The notes beneath the pieces were generated by a model. That model had not been told where the DNA came from. It saw only the letters and a program-made list of their open reading frames with translations, and ran no database searches. The position numbers and the translations under genes are program-made. 64,000 bases of DNA from Octopus sinensis (taxonomy: Eukaryota). Where the stretch lies: contig NC_042997.1 of NCBI RefSeq assembly GCF_006345805.1, positions 101,866,001-101,930,000 of the forward strand, in the 5' to 3' direction. Of this stretch, positions 23,681-36,784 are shown piece by piece. Within the stretch, counting starts at the first letter, position 1; each line of letters starts with the position of its first letter.

Positions 23681-26600
23681 ATGATATCTGGCAAATGCAA
23701 GCTTTCTTTTCAGGTACAGAACACTGCGGCCCTCATCCCAGGGTCTCAGAGGCCCACACCTCCCACACTCTCAGGGTGGGCACCCTCACGTTGGCAATTG
23801 AAAGGTAGGTCTGGCGAGATAGTCGAGAATGCTTGAACGGAGACGTGTTGATGTATGTGTTGTATCAAGAATAAGGTGGAGAGGAGGATCTGCTAGGGTC
23901 CTCACAGGCAAGGAACACAGTACACAAGATTTTCTGGGCAGGGAACACTGACGGGGTTGGTGGCGTGGGTATACTTATCGCTGAGAAATGGATAGATAGA
24001 GTAATTGAGGTAATCAGAGTAAGTGACAGAATACTTAAGATTAGAATAGTGCTTCATAATAGATTAGCAACCATTATATCGGCCTATGCCCCTCAGCCAG
24101 GGCTACCCGATGGACAGAAAGACAGTTTCTATGACACCTACTGCAGACCACCTCATCGACGAACGACAGGGACCTTCTCTTTGTGGCTGGTGATTTCAAT
24201 GGGCATGTTGGACGACATGCTGGGGGCTTCCATGGCGTGCATGGAGGCTACGGTTATGGTTCCCGCAACGAGGAGGGAACCAGGCTGCTGAGTTCTGCGA
24301 TGCGAATAGTCTTATAGTCTGCAACACTAACTTCAGGAAACCACAAGCCACCTGGTCACCTACCGATCGGCGCCGGCATACTAGCCAAATCGACTACATC
24401 CTTGCCAGAAAAAGAAAGATGTCTGCTTAAAAATGCCAAAACCTTCCCAGGCGAAGAATGCAACCCACAACATAGACTGGTAGTTAGTGACTTTAGGATC
24501 AGGACTAAGAGGGCGACTAGAAGACGACCAACATGGAGAAGAAGGGTCTGGAAGCTTAAAGCCCCTGCGAATGGACAGAGATTTAGAGATATGTTACTTG
24601 AAGCCTTGACGAAGTGGAAGGGGGTATAGCTACACATGGGGTAGAAGACAACTGGACGTTTCTGAAGGGACAACCTGCTGAAAGCCGCTGACCAGATCTG
24701 TGGCTGGTGCAAAGTCCCCTTAAGACCCAAAATAACGTGGTGGTGGAACAATATTGTTGACAGGGCTATTAGACAAAAGAAACAGGCTTGGAAGGCCTGG
24801 AAGAACGGTGGTAGCAGGAAGGGTATCAGACTGCCAGAAGGGAAGCTAGGAGACAGGTCTATCTAGCCAGAGGGGAAGCAGATAAGAGAAAATTTTCCAA
24901 TGTCCTGCGCCGTGAGGATGAAAGACTTGAGGTATTTCGTGTTGCAAGACAGTGTGTGAGAGAGAATCGTGATGTGGTAGGAGAGAAATGTGTTTGCATG
25001 GAGGATGGTTCACTTGCGCTAAATGAGATGCAAAGAGAGAAGCTTGGAGACGCCACTATGAAAGGTTACTGAATGAGAAAATGAATGGGATAAAGAGAGT
25101 CTGCCGAATGTTGACCCTACAGAGGGACCAGCTATCCGAGTTGATAGTTTCGTGGTAGCTAAGGCAATTAGAAGCATGAAGACAGGGAAAGCCCCAGGCC
25201 CATCAGGAATTACTGCAGAGATGCTCAAAATATCTGCAGTGTCGGCTATAACCTAGTCACCCGTATAGTCAACCAGGTGATACACGAAGGAGTCATACCC
25301 AATGACTGTGCAGCAGCATACTAGTCAACTGCTACAAAGGTAAAGGTGATGCCCTAGATACAAATAATTACAGAGGTATCAAGCTGTTGGATCAAGTAAT
25401 GAAGGTTACGGAGAGGGTCATAGCCCAACTAATTAGAGAGAGAGTTAGTTTAGATGAGATGCAGTTTGGGTTCGTGCCAGGGAAAAGTACCACTGATGCT
25501 ATATTCCTGGTAAGGCAGCTGCAGGAGAAATACCTAGCCAAAGATAAGCCCCTGTACCTGGCTTTCGTTGACATGGAGAAAGCTTTTGATAGGGTCCCCC
25601 GATCCCTTATCTGGTGGTCAATGAGGAAACTAGGGATAGATGAATGGCTGGTGAGGACTGTGCAAGCCATGTACAGAGATGCCGTAAGTAAGGTTAGGGT
25701 TGGCAACATGTACACAGAAGAATTCAAAGTAGAGGTTGGGGTCCACCAGGGTTCAGTACTCAGCCCCCTCCTATTTATCATAGTACTCCAGGCAATTATG
25801 GAGGAATTCAAGACAGGCTGTCCTGGGAGCTCCTCTACGCTGACGACCTTGCTCTTATTGCTGAGTCACTATCAGAACTGGAGGAGAAGTTCCAGGTGTG
25901 GAAGGAGGGTTTAGAATCAAGGGGCCTTAGAGTCAACCTAGCTAAAACCAAAGTACTAATAAGTAGAAAGGTAGACAATCCACAAATATCTTCAGGAAGA
26001 TGGCCCTGCTCGATCTGTAGAAAAGGTGTAGGTAGAAACTCTATAAGATGTACCCAGTGTAAGCTATGGACACATAAGAGGTGCAGCAATGTCAAAGGTA
26101 GGCTAACTGGGAAGATAGTTTTTGTATGTGGCAGATGCTCGGGAGCATTAACCTCCGAAAATCTGCAGAAAACAACTTCCGTCACTTTCCAGGGGGAAAA
26201 ACTAGAAGTGTTGATAGCTTCCGTTATCTAGGTGACCAAGTCAGTAGTGGGGGTGGGTGCGCTGAAAGTGTAACTGCTAGAATAAGAAGCCTGGGCAAAG
26301 TTTAGGGAGCTCTTACCTCTGCTGGTGACTAAAGGCCTCTCGCTCAGAGTAAAAGGCAGACTGTATGATGCGTGTGTACGAACAGCCATGCTACATGGCA
26401 GCGAAACATGGGCCGTGACTGCCGAGGACATGCGTAAGCTCGTGAGGAATGAAGCCAGTATGCTCCGATGGATGTGTAATGTCAGTGTACATACTCGACA
26501 GAGCGTTAGCACCTTGAGAGAAATGTTGTACCTAAGAAGCATCAGTTGTGGTGTGCAAGAGAGACGATTGCGCTGGTATGGTCATGTGGCGAGAATGGAT

Positions 26601-26840
26601 GAAGATAGGTGTGTGAGAAAGTGCCAATCCCTAGCAGTTGAGGGAACCCGTGGAAGAGGTAGACCCAGGAAAACCTGGGACGAGGTGGTGAAGCACGACC
26701 TTCGAACTTTAGGCCTCACTGAGGAAATGACCAGAGACCGAGACCTTTGGAAATATTCTGTACGTGAGAAGACCAGGCAGGACAATGAGCCCAGCCCACT
26801 TATGAATGCCTTTCCTCCCTTGGACACAAAGACCGGTTGA
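23681..26840 (+). pseudogene. RTE ORF (AP endonuclease + reverse transcriptase + inserted C4HC3 finger), frameshifted in this assembly
   Basis: ATG 23681 leads to TLRVGTL; ISAYAPQ, GDFNGHVG, QFGFVPGKSTTDAIF, FVDMEKAFDRVPR, GVHQGSVLSPLLF, LYADDL (about 25833-25850), RRLRWYGHVARM, GRGRPRKTW; many 1-nt frameshifts. Confidence 0.93.
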
Positions 26841-26874
26841 GGCAAGCGAAGTCGATATAGAACCTCATCCGACG

Positions 26875-27312
26875 ACAGACACCCATGCTAACCCCCCATG
26901 CTTGCGAAGACATGTTGGGGCAAGCGAAATCGAAATCGAAACCGAATTGAACCAGCCAGGATCCCTGGCCTGGTGGTACGTAAAAAGCACTATCCGACTC
27001 GTGGCCGTGGCACGTAAAATACTCCAATGCGACCGTACGACAGGCACCCATGCCAACCCCCTTTGCTTGTGAAGACATGTTGGGGCAAGCGAAATCGAAA
27101 TCGAATTGAACCAGCCAGGATCCCTGGTCTGGTGGTACGTAAAAAGCACTATCCGACTCGTGGCCGTGGCACGTAAAATACTCCAATGCGACCGTACGAC
27201 AGGCACCCTTGCCAACCCCCTTTGCTTGTGAAGACTGTTGGGGCAAGCGAAATCGAAATCGAATTGAACCAGCCAGGATCCCTGGTCTGGTGGTACGTAA
27301 AAAGCACTATCT
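26875..27312 (+). repeat. About 160-165-bp tandem repeat (about 2.7 copies) in the RTE 3' UTR
   Basis: tgttggggcaagcgaaatcgaaatcga...aaccagccaggatccctgg..tggtggtacgtaaaaagcactat occurs three times, near-identical. Confidence 0.93.
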
Positions 27313-28299
27313 CGTGGCCGATGCCAGCACCGCCTCGACTGGCTTCCGTGCCGGTGGCACATAAAATACACCAATCTGACCGTGGCCGTTGCCAGCCCCG
27401 CCTGGCACCTGTGCAGGTGGCACGTAAAAAGCACCCACTACACTCACGGAGTGGTTGGCGTTAGGAAGGGCATCCAGCTGTAGAAACATTGCCAAATTAG
27501 ACTGGAGCCTGGTGCAGCCTTCTGGCTTCCCAGAACCCCGGTCGAACCGTCCAACCCATGCTAACATGGAGAACGGACGTTAAACGACGATGATGATGAT
27601 GATGTCTCTGTCTATCTCTCTCTTCAGCAACTACATATAGTTTCAGAGTGAGAGTGGGACTTGCTCAACCACACCACCTAGCAGCAGTCAATTTTGCCCT
27701 TAAAAATCAATTACAAGAGCAGTCATGAGAACATCTTGGTAAAGTTGCCTGCATATGAACTATCACTCCCTTATTTCATGCACTGTCTGTCTGATACATC
27801 ACACTATGCTCTGATGGGGATAACTGCAACTCATCCTGTATCAACTGTAGTGCATACATAATTCAGTTATGTCCATAGGCTTTTCCACCAGTAAATTAAG
27901 ATCTCACAGTGACTTCTAACAATATACACTCACATTTTACTTTTCACTAAGAGAGCTTAGGTAGCACCTATAACTCAAACTGCTAAAAATAGCAGCTAAA
28001 CCTTCAAATCTCACCCACCATCCTAGAAAAATACAATGACAGCTGAGCTGGGACTAAACAGCAACAAAAATCTTTTCTCAGAAATACTCCATGTAACTTC
28101 TGCACCCCACTCTCCCACAATAGCTGCTGCTTTACACACACACACACAAACATCCTAGAAAGCATCTCTATAAGGCTATTTAGATTGGATAAAGGGCAAA
28201 AACAAACTTTCCAAACAACCCTACAAATATAATAGCAAAAATTGCTTCATTAAGGTCAGAACATATGTTTCAACTTTGATCAGTTGCTGACACCTCTTT

Positions 28300-28520
28300 C
28301 AAAGCTCAGTAAGACTTACAATGTTATACAGCTCCCATATCTGGGACTCTACTATCAAAACATACCAACTATCTAGACTGCATCCAAAAGAAGGCTATCT
28401 AACTGATTAGCAATAACCCTTTTGCTAACATACAATTTATAACCTACAGCCATTCTGGTCTCCTCACCTTGTGTAATCTATTGCTATCACAACAGTCTCT
28501 GCTCCTTCTGAAGTTCCTTT
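28300..28520 (+). mobile_element. Old LINE RT C-terminal remnant (L2/Jockey-like)
   Basis: Translatable traces YSSHIWD and LDCIQKKAI typical of the LINE RT C-terminus. Confidence 0.45.
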
Positions 28521-29329
28521 CCTGCCCATTCAAGATGAACATTAGCTGTATCAATCACATCAATCATACAGAGCCTGCAAAATTTTAAGAAACTGTTTTT
28601 CTTCCTGACTAAGCCATATGTTTTACTGTCTCCTGGCCTTCACTTCACATGATGTAAATGAACATCACCACCATACAAGTAGTGTCTTTTGTTTCCAATC
28701 GTTCTTGAAAAGTTGCCTGGTCATGGGGAAACATTACCTTGCTTGGAAACAGGTGAGGGTCAGTGACAGGAAAGACAGTTTATCAACAAATCCCATATGA
28801 TCCATGCAAGCATGGAAAAGTGGACATTAAAACAAAATTATCATCATTTAATGTCTGTTTTCCATGCTGGCAAAGGATAGCTTTCTTTTGGATGCAGGAG
28901 CTGGCAAACAAGAGTATTGTGCTATACACACACAAATTTAATACACAATATATGGATTTATCTAATCCAGTGGTAATCACAAAAAAAGCTCCTTTAGTAG
29001 ACCAGGCAACAAACCACAGTCAACTGATACATAGTAGTGTAATGTAGAGTTCTATGCAGTTGAAATCCAGTAAATCAAATCAGTGTTATGAATATCTACT
29101 GGTGAAATAAACATTCATCTCATACCTTCCGACTTTCTTCATATTCTCTCTCTCTCTTTATACATACATATATATATAAATTAAAAAAGCTGCTCACCAA
29201 CTTAATTACACATACTGACTCGCAGATAAGCTGTTTCTTCTCTCTCTGCATCTATTGTTACTACACTGGCCTCTACTACTCTAAACTTGAAAACCACAAA
29301 CCACCTCCACTTCTCATATCTCATATCTC

Positions 29330-29413
29330 AGATCTCACTCTAGACATTCTCACAGAAAACTGGAATGCTCTCCCAGATCTCACTCTAGGCATTCTTACAG
29401 AAAACTGGAATGC
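29330..29413 (+). repeat. Local direct duplication of about 44 bp
   Basis: cagatctcactctag.cattct.acagaaaactggaatgc occurs twice in tandem. Confidence 0.8.
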
Positions 29414-29659
29414 CTTCCTTGCCTTTGCTGTAGATGCTGACCTACAGATTTTCTAACAAAACATCAAACACTTTAAACTAAGAGGAGTAATAAAGTTTAT
29501 GACCACTATCCTCTTTCCTGTAACTAATAAAACAGAAAACACCAATATGGTTTTGCCCAAATACATTTCATTTAAACTTTGTGCTTACACTTGTTTATCT
29601 AAAGTTATTTGGAATCAGTTGACATAAACAGAGGAATATATATATATATATATATATAT

Positions 29660-29973
29660 TACGTAAAAAGCACTATCCGACTCGTGGCCGATGCCAGCGC
29701 CGCTTTGACTGGCTTCCGTGCCGGTGGCACGTAAAATACACCAATCCGACTGTGGCTGTTGCCAGCCTCGCCTGGCACCTGTGCAGGTGGCACGTAAAAA
29801 GCACCCACTACACTCACGGAGTGGTTGGCGTTAGGAAGGGCATCCAGCTGTAGAAACATTGCCAGATAAGACTGGAGCCTGGTGCAGCCTTCTGGCTTCC
29901 CAGATCCCCGGTCGAACCGTCCAACCCTTGCTAGCATGGAGAACGGACGTTAAACGATGATGATGATGATGAT
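29660..29973 (+). mobile_element. Young 5'-truncated RTE 3' UTR inserted in (TA)n
   Basis: Nearly identical to 27295-27604; TA repeats on both flanks. Confidence 0.92.
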
Positions 29974-31069
29974 ATATATATAAAGAACAGTTGTAACTTG
30001 TATTTAAGATATCATTAAATAGAATAAAAAAACTTGTAAATTGTAGTGTGTAAAAAATATCTTTCTATTAACAGATACATTTTATAGTACACAACGGTTT
30101 ATGTTCAACATTTTGTTGAATTTAAGTTCATGAGTATTTTAAATGCAAACAGCATTCAAGTAATCTGAATGTAAAACTTTAACAGAATTCAGATATTCAC
30201 TTCCTATAGCTCAAAAGGATATGAGTCACATCAGTTATAAAATGAACCAGGATTGCTCAACCTATCAGAAATATTAACCAAGTTTCCCTCAAACTGTCCA
30301 TTTTACCCATTACTTTGAATAATGTTAGGCCAAATACCACTAAAAATGATCATGACTGAAATGCCTTTTATTGGGGATAAACAACAACCCGGGGTTAAAA
30401 AATAACAGGAACCAAATATATTTTCCTAATGCTAGAGCTGAAGAGGAAGCCTCTATGTGAACAATCGATCTGTTAGAAATAACAGTCAAATACCCTCAAA
30501 TCCAATCCAACTCTCTGAAAGAAAGACATGAAATACCTTTGATCAGAGGTTTACACAATCTGGGTTGAGATGGGGTTAATCAACAATAACAATTAGTTCA
30601 TAATATTTTAATGTTTTGAAAACACAATGGAAAATGCAGCCCCTTATACACTTTAAATCAAGACAAAATAATATTGGCTGGACCATCTGCTCAATCAGAT
30701 GTAGCCTGGGGTTAAACAACAAAATTCAAATTGATCTGAACCATCTTCACATTCTCTGTTATTAGTTTTCATAATTAATAATTAGTAAATAACTGAGATA
30801 GTTAAATAAAGTGACTACACATCAGGGACATATTTCTGGGTGTGCTGTATATCCACCGAAGACAGCCATATTACCATAAATAAGCTTACTCAATACTATA
30901 ATGAAAGATCTAATCCTGTTTATATTGTGGTAGTAATTTTTAGATAGCACTGCTCACCTAGTTGTATCATGCCCTGGCACTATCAGAAAATGGGACAGTG
31001 ACAAAATAAAGTATCATGCAACAAACTCCTAGCCCTTGGGTCACTTTTTAACTGTTGCTGATTAAAAAT

Positions 31070-31350
31070 AATGTAGCACTGTATCAGCCAGACTACCAGA
31101 TGTTGTTATACACCGCTGGTCACAATGCACATCCTTGTGTTGTAGTAGCTTTTGAATGATGCCATCCTGCTGGGCAGGCCAACATTCCCCTTTGAATAAA
31201 ATGCCTGTCTGTTGCAGGGTTACAGCTGAGTAGACTGGAGCAATGTGAAATGAAGTGTTTTGCTTAAGAACACAATGTACTGCCAGCCTAGGAAATGAAA
31301 CCATTATCTTGCAATTGTGAATGCAATGCCCTAACCATGAGGCCCTGTGT
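31070..31350 (-). mobile_element. CORE-type SINE, second family
   Basis: cagctgagtagactggagcaatgtgaaatgaagtgt is the reverse complement of the core at 55640-55680. Confidence 0.65.
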
Positions 31351-33764
31351 CTTTACTATACACATACACTTGTTTTGGGTTCTAGTTATCCTGTTTGTAC
31401 TATCACAACTGACCTAAGGGTCAGTGACAATCCACCAGCATATCCCAGTTTTTATTTTTATGGGGAGACACATTCTTTTCTTTTCATTCTTTTACCTGTT
31501 CCAGTCATTGCTGTTATGTTGAAGCACCACCTTGAAGGGCTTAGTTGATCTACCAACTTCAATCAAAAGCATTGGGGTAGCCCTGTGTTGGAGTAGAAGA
31601 CACTCAAAATGTCATGCAGAGGGACTGAACCGAAATCCCATGATTGTGAAATGAGTTTCTTAACCACATAGATATGAATGTATGTAAGTATGTATGTATG
31701 TATGTACAGTCATTGAAAATTCTTTAAGTGATTTTCTTGCTGTATAATCTGTTTTCTAATTTAATATGATACACCATCATCATTGTTTAACAATCTGCCT
31801 TCCATGCTGGCGTGAGTTGACGATTTGACAGGAGCTGACCATGCAGGAGCATGCATCAGACTTGTGTGTCTGTTTTGGCAGTTTTTACAGTTGGATGCCC
31901 TTCCTAACACCAACCACCCAGCAGAGATACTCAGAAATAAAGATTAAGTGGGAAGTTTGAGGCTGTTGATGTAACAATTATCTGCTGTTGTTTTCAGTAA
32001 CCAACAGGAATAGTTTAGCTTGGTAAGTTGTGTTGAACTGCTCACCCAGTTTTATGATTTCCTTGATTAAAGTAGCCTCTGTTTCCTCTTCAATGAAAAT
32101 TACAGAATAAAAAAATGCACTAATGCAATTGAAACAAAGAGGCTCAGTGTGTGATATAATCAAAGAATTACAAGTGACTTATTCCTTTTCTTTTTTACTT
32201 GGTTCAGGAATTGGACTGTGGCCATGCTGGAGCACCACCTTGGAAAAGGTATCTTAGTGTTTCCGTTATTTTTAAATGTATGCATAACCAAAAGCTCAGT
32301 TTATGCATGACAATTCTATTTGCAATCTGTGCTATTTATAGAAAAAGACTAATGTTTTTATTGGTGGGGGAGGTTAGAGCAGAGTCAGGTTGAGTACTAG
32401 ATAGCTCAGTGCACACACTATGATAACCACACACCACTGCTGCACACACGTGTACCATTACCATTCTTCTAAAAGAAAACATAATTCAAATGGGTTAATA
32501 AGTTTAAGCCTCATCATTAGCATTCCTTCTGATTCAGAGATTACATCAAATATATTTTGTTTCCTTCCCAGACAGTAACGAATGCCTATGTCTATATCTT
32601 TATAAGGTGACAGAACAAAGGGTGCATGAGACAATATAATTATCCTGAAAATAGTCTGTATTCATTCTAAACCACTAAAATCTAAAAATTAGCTTCTTAG
32701 TCATAGCCGTTATTGAAATATTGCTAAGATAAGCATATGCTAACGTTAAACTAATAAACGCCCATATTGAGAGAGAGAGACACTATGAAGAGAAATATTG
32801 TTTTGATAACACTCATAAATTTACAATGATGGGAAGTTAACAATAGAATTCCATCAACTTTCAATAAATATTTCTGATAGATTCATTGGGAAATACAAAC
32901 GCTTTCATTTTATCAAGAATATGAAACGAAATCTCAGTTACTCGCTTTCTTTTCGACATTACAATCAACTTGCATCAATTTTTAAAGATTCTTTATTATT
33001 TACGATTATTTTTCGTGCTTTACGTTTTTAGAGGGATGTTTTCATAACTCTAAAGTGCACGAGCCTACGAGGCTTCTACCTATTCACCCGAGCTGTTATA
33101 AATAGCAGCCAAATCTTGTTCAAACCATGCCTCAAGTATTATAGAGATTTCAAATTTCACCTTTAATTAATGTAATCTAAGACAAACTACTGCCAAGGCA
33201 AAAAAAAACAAAAAAAAAAAAAAACAGGATGGTCACGGGTGAAATACTCAATACAGAGTCCTGAATACCGAACTACGTTAACCAAGGGTTAAATAACCCC
33301 CAAACTAATTGTTAACATGTCAGATCGCGTATTCGTTATCTCCACCGAAATATCCTAGTTACCAAAAGTAAATAAGGACAATTTAAAAGAACTTCAACAA
33401 ATGTTAACATAAGATAATCTTGTAAAGTAAATACCCAAACATGAATACACACAAAATTTATTTTGAATACCATAAATAAACGAAAATCTGCAAACATTTT
33501 ACTGAAACTGTTTCCAAAGACTTGTTCTGTTTTTGCAATATCCTATTATTCCAAAAGAAAACAACTAAATATTGTGGCAAGCTTTCTTGCAATTCTTGAA
33601 AGGCATGCAACATATTTTTAAGAAACTTATCACACACAAAAAGTGTTTAAATATACTTTAAAAAAAAACAGTAAAAAAGCAATATATATATACACACACA
33701 CACGTTAACAAATATATATATATAATTCAAACATTCTGACCACTCGCATAAACAGCATAATTTT

Positions 33765-33861
33765 AGATAGATAGATAGGTAAATAGATAGATGGCTAGAT
33801 AGCTAGAAAGATAGATGGATAGATAGCTAGAAAGATAGATAGATAGAAAGATAGATAGGTG

Positions 33862-33898
<37 letters not shown>

Positions 33899-34097
33899 AT
33901 GGATAGATAGATAGATGGACGGATAGATAAATGGATAGATAGATGGATAGATAGATAAATGGATAGATAGATAGATGGACGGATAGATAAATGGATAGAT
34001 AGATGGATAGATAGATAAATGGATAGATAGATGGACAGATAGATAAATGGACAGATAGATAAATGGACAGATAGATAGATAGATAGATAGATAGATA
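33765..34097 (+). repeat. (GATA)n compound microsatellite with GGAT/GGAC/AAAT variants and a 60-bp higher-order repeat
   Basis: Direct reading; 33901-33960 is identical to 33961-34020. Confidence 0.97.
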
Positions 34098-34374
34098 CAG
34101 ACACTGGGTTGGTGGTGAACGTTTGTTTACAAACGGACCAGAAAAGCACTCAATACACAAAAGTAAAATATAATTATTAGAAGCACAAGCATTTTCAATC
34201 ATCCTTCAGTCTGTTCAAATTATAAGAAACAAACGGTCAAGAAGCTTCAGCTACTTATATATATATTTCAAGGATATAAATACCTCTTGAAGAGATGTCA
34301 GCATACAAGTTCTTTTTCTTATATATTTATAATAATAAAGCACAATATATTTATAATATTGTGCCAAAACTTAC

Positions 34375-34900
34375 CGTAATAATTATATTTCCACCATTTT
34401 AATAGGTATACAATTGTATTAATTCCATGAAATAACAGAAACAAATGTCAACCAGCTGAATTGAACGTGTAAAACATACAAAGTAACATAAAGCAGTATT
34501 TTTTCACTCGTTATATAAACTGATGTGTTTGTAATACTTTGAATGTGTTGGTTATTATATGAGAACTTATACAAAATTGATTGAATGTGCTGCATAAAAT
34601 GAGTTTGTATTAAGGAGGTAAAGATTAATGATTTGTAAAATCACAGCAGCGTTGTGGTCAGAGTGTGTCCAGGGTCGAAATTATAATATGTAGAGAGTGC
34701 ATTGGAAATACAATTACAGAAGTATATCTATATAGGCTAAGAGATGAAGAATACACAAATATAGTGAACTACTTTAAAAAAAAAAAAAGGATTCTATAAT
34801 GAGATTTTGAATAGATAAGTAAACATTAAGACCAGTGGAAGCAACAATAGCTCCCGACAGGCAAGAAACATGATAGCGTTGAAGGTAGCCACGACATGTC
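34375..34900 (-). other. Putative non-coding first exon of a minus-strand gene
   Basis: Consensus donor ACG|GTAAGT on the minus strand at 34375; unique non-repeat sequence; near the CpG-poor/CpG-rich transition; no ATG-initiated frame stays open to the donor. The 5' end is a guess. Confidence 0.35.
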
Positions 34901-36784
34901 AGGATATTTGGTTTTGTTGATTACATGTGATGTCACTACGCTCTCTCTCTCTCTCTCTCACACTCTTTCACACACCCTCTCGTATTGTCTCATTTTTCCC
35001 TCTTTGGTATTATCATCCTCTCTTTCCTGCCCCCCTCTCTGCTTTTGTCTTTCTTCTTTTCCCTCCCTTTTTTTCTCACCCATTCTTCCTCTCTGTAGAG
35101 TTGGACGGATATCCGGTAATGGTATCAACGATGGGCGGTGCAAAAGGAAACGGAATTCAAACCAAAACACCACCATCATTTCAAACCTCGATTTTCTTAA
35201 ATATTTGTATACTTTCATTTTAATCTATTTGTTAGTCTAACATTATGTATGTGTGTATATATATATAGACTACATTTTCTCTTGTTACGAATTTTAAAAA
35301 CTTCCTCATGTATATTTAATATGGGGTTTTCTTGAGTAATTATAGTATTTTACCTGATTAAATTATACGCTTAAAAAATCTTATATCTTCCTTTTATGTA
35401 GAATTCTCAGTTAACACCCTCAGAATCTTTGCAAATAACGATAGGAATAAAGGTGGGTTTACAACCGAGCTCTTGCCTTTCAGTTTTTTATTATTGACTT
35501 GGGAGTGAAATGAGATGAATTTGTTATATATATATATATATATATATCATTCTGCCAGTCTCGCATCACTAAAGCAGTTATGATAAATTTCTTTCATGAT
35601 TTCTGTGTTTTGGGGGCTTTTTTTTCTACACTTTCAAATGGCAAGTAGGTAAATAAACTAGTTTCGCACATGCTTATCAATGGGAAGAAACGTGTAACTT
35701 ACAATGGCTATTTTATCCGTTACTCTTATAAATAAGGACTCGCAACCCTCAATATAAGCCTCTACACGCAGCACGTTTCACTTGGTTTAAAAAAACGTGT
35801 CCACCGTTCTGTCCTCACATCAACCAATATACTGGGAGCTGAGAAGTTCTGCTATGTCGTTTAACCAGATCCTTCATTTGGCAATCTGCAGGCACCACTT
35901 AGGGAAAGGAAGTATTCAATAGTTTAGACCTAGGTTAGTGACGATTGTGCACAAACGACTAAAGTCATTAAATCCGTATACACCCATTTTATTTATTTAT
36001 TAAAACGATGACGTGTTTGTGGAGGATGTGGTTGTTGTTTTGGGTCGAGCAATTATTTAGGGGTTCCCCCCATCTCAACCCAATGCTTCTAGTTTGTTAC
36101 TTTGTATTACTTGCATTAATATTTTGAATTTTTCAAGCTGGTTTAATCGTGCCATATTATGTATATTTATTTTTAAAAAGGTTCATACACAACTAAGCCT
36201 TGTAGTCATCGATTATATATATATACATCAGGTGCTAACCGATTATGAAAATAGAACTTAATTTACAGGAATAAGTAATAGCAGCTATTACAACCTTTTC
36301 AACTAAAACACGAGACAACGAGAGATGTGGTCCACCGATCTGTTGAAAATACCAGCTATAAAATGTAAAGGACGGAGGCTGATAATGTAGCCTTGGTTAC
36401 CCACTAAACAGACTTGATGATTATGGCTGGATGCTAAATTAGTTGCCTATAAAGATGCTCCAGAATGAAGGAATATGGATAATAGTGAAATTAAGGCTTT
36501 TATTCATTCGATTCAAGACTGGCAAAACTAGCACTATTTATATTCAGGCTGAATCTGCTGTCGAATAGTTGATATTTTTCGGGAGAACGTGGTTAGGAAA
36601 AAAATTCCATATGATTATAGTTCTGGAGATGAAGCTCTCATGGAAGTGTTAAGAACAGAGTACAACATTCGGGGAATGAAACAGTAAAGGCATTTAAAGA
36701 AGGCTAAGTTAACCCAGGACAGTTCACATCAAGCAAACAGATCTATAGCATGCAGGTGATCTGTCATTCCAGATATCCTTTCTA

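Larger units (their letters stand above)
23095..27604 (+). mobile_element. Near-full-length RTE-clade LINE retrotransposon
   Basis: Single APE-RT reading frame, long 3' UTR, ccatgctaacatgg stem-loop and (GAT)n tail; CpGs retained. The 5' boundary is uncertain (23095 if the tandem repeat belongs to it). Confidence 0.93.

Noticed and set aside
26875-27440. CRISPR-like repeat-spacer array
   Set aside because: Eukaryotic LINE 3' UTR; the spacers are themselves repeated, and there are no cas genes.
24356-27567. Several minus-strand ORFs of 65-189 aa overlapping the RTE
   Set aside because: Antisense shadows of the RTE ORF and of GC-rich tandem repeats; no recognisable domains.
33763-34202. 128-aa and 135-aa ORFs rich in YLSI (also 40341-40680)
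   Set aside because: Translations of tetranucleotide microsatellites.
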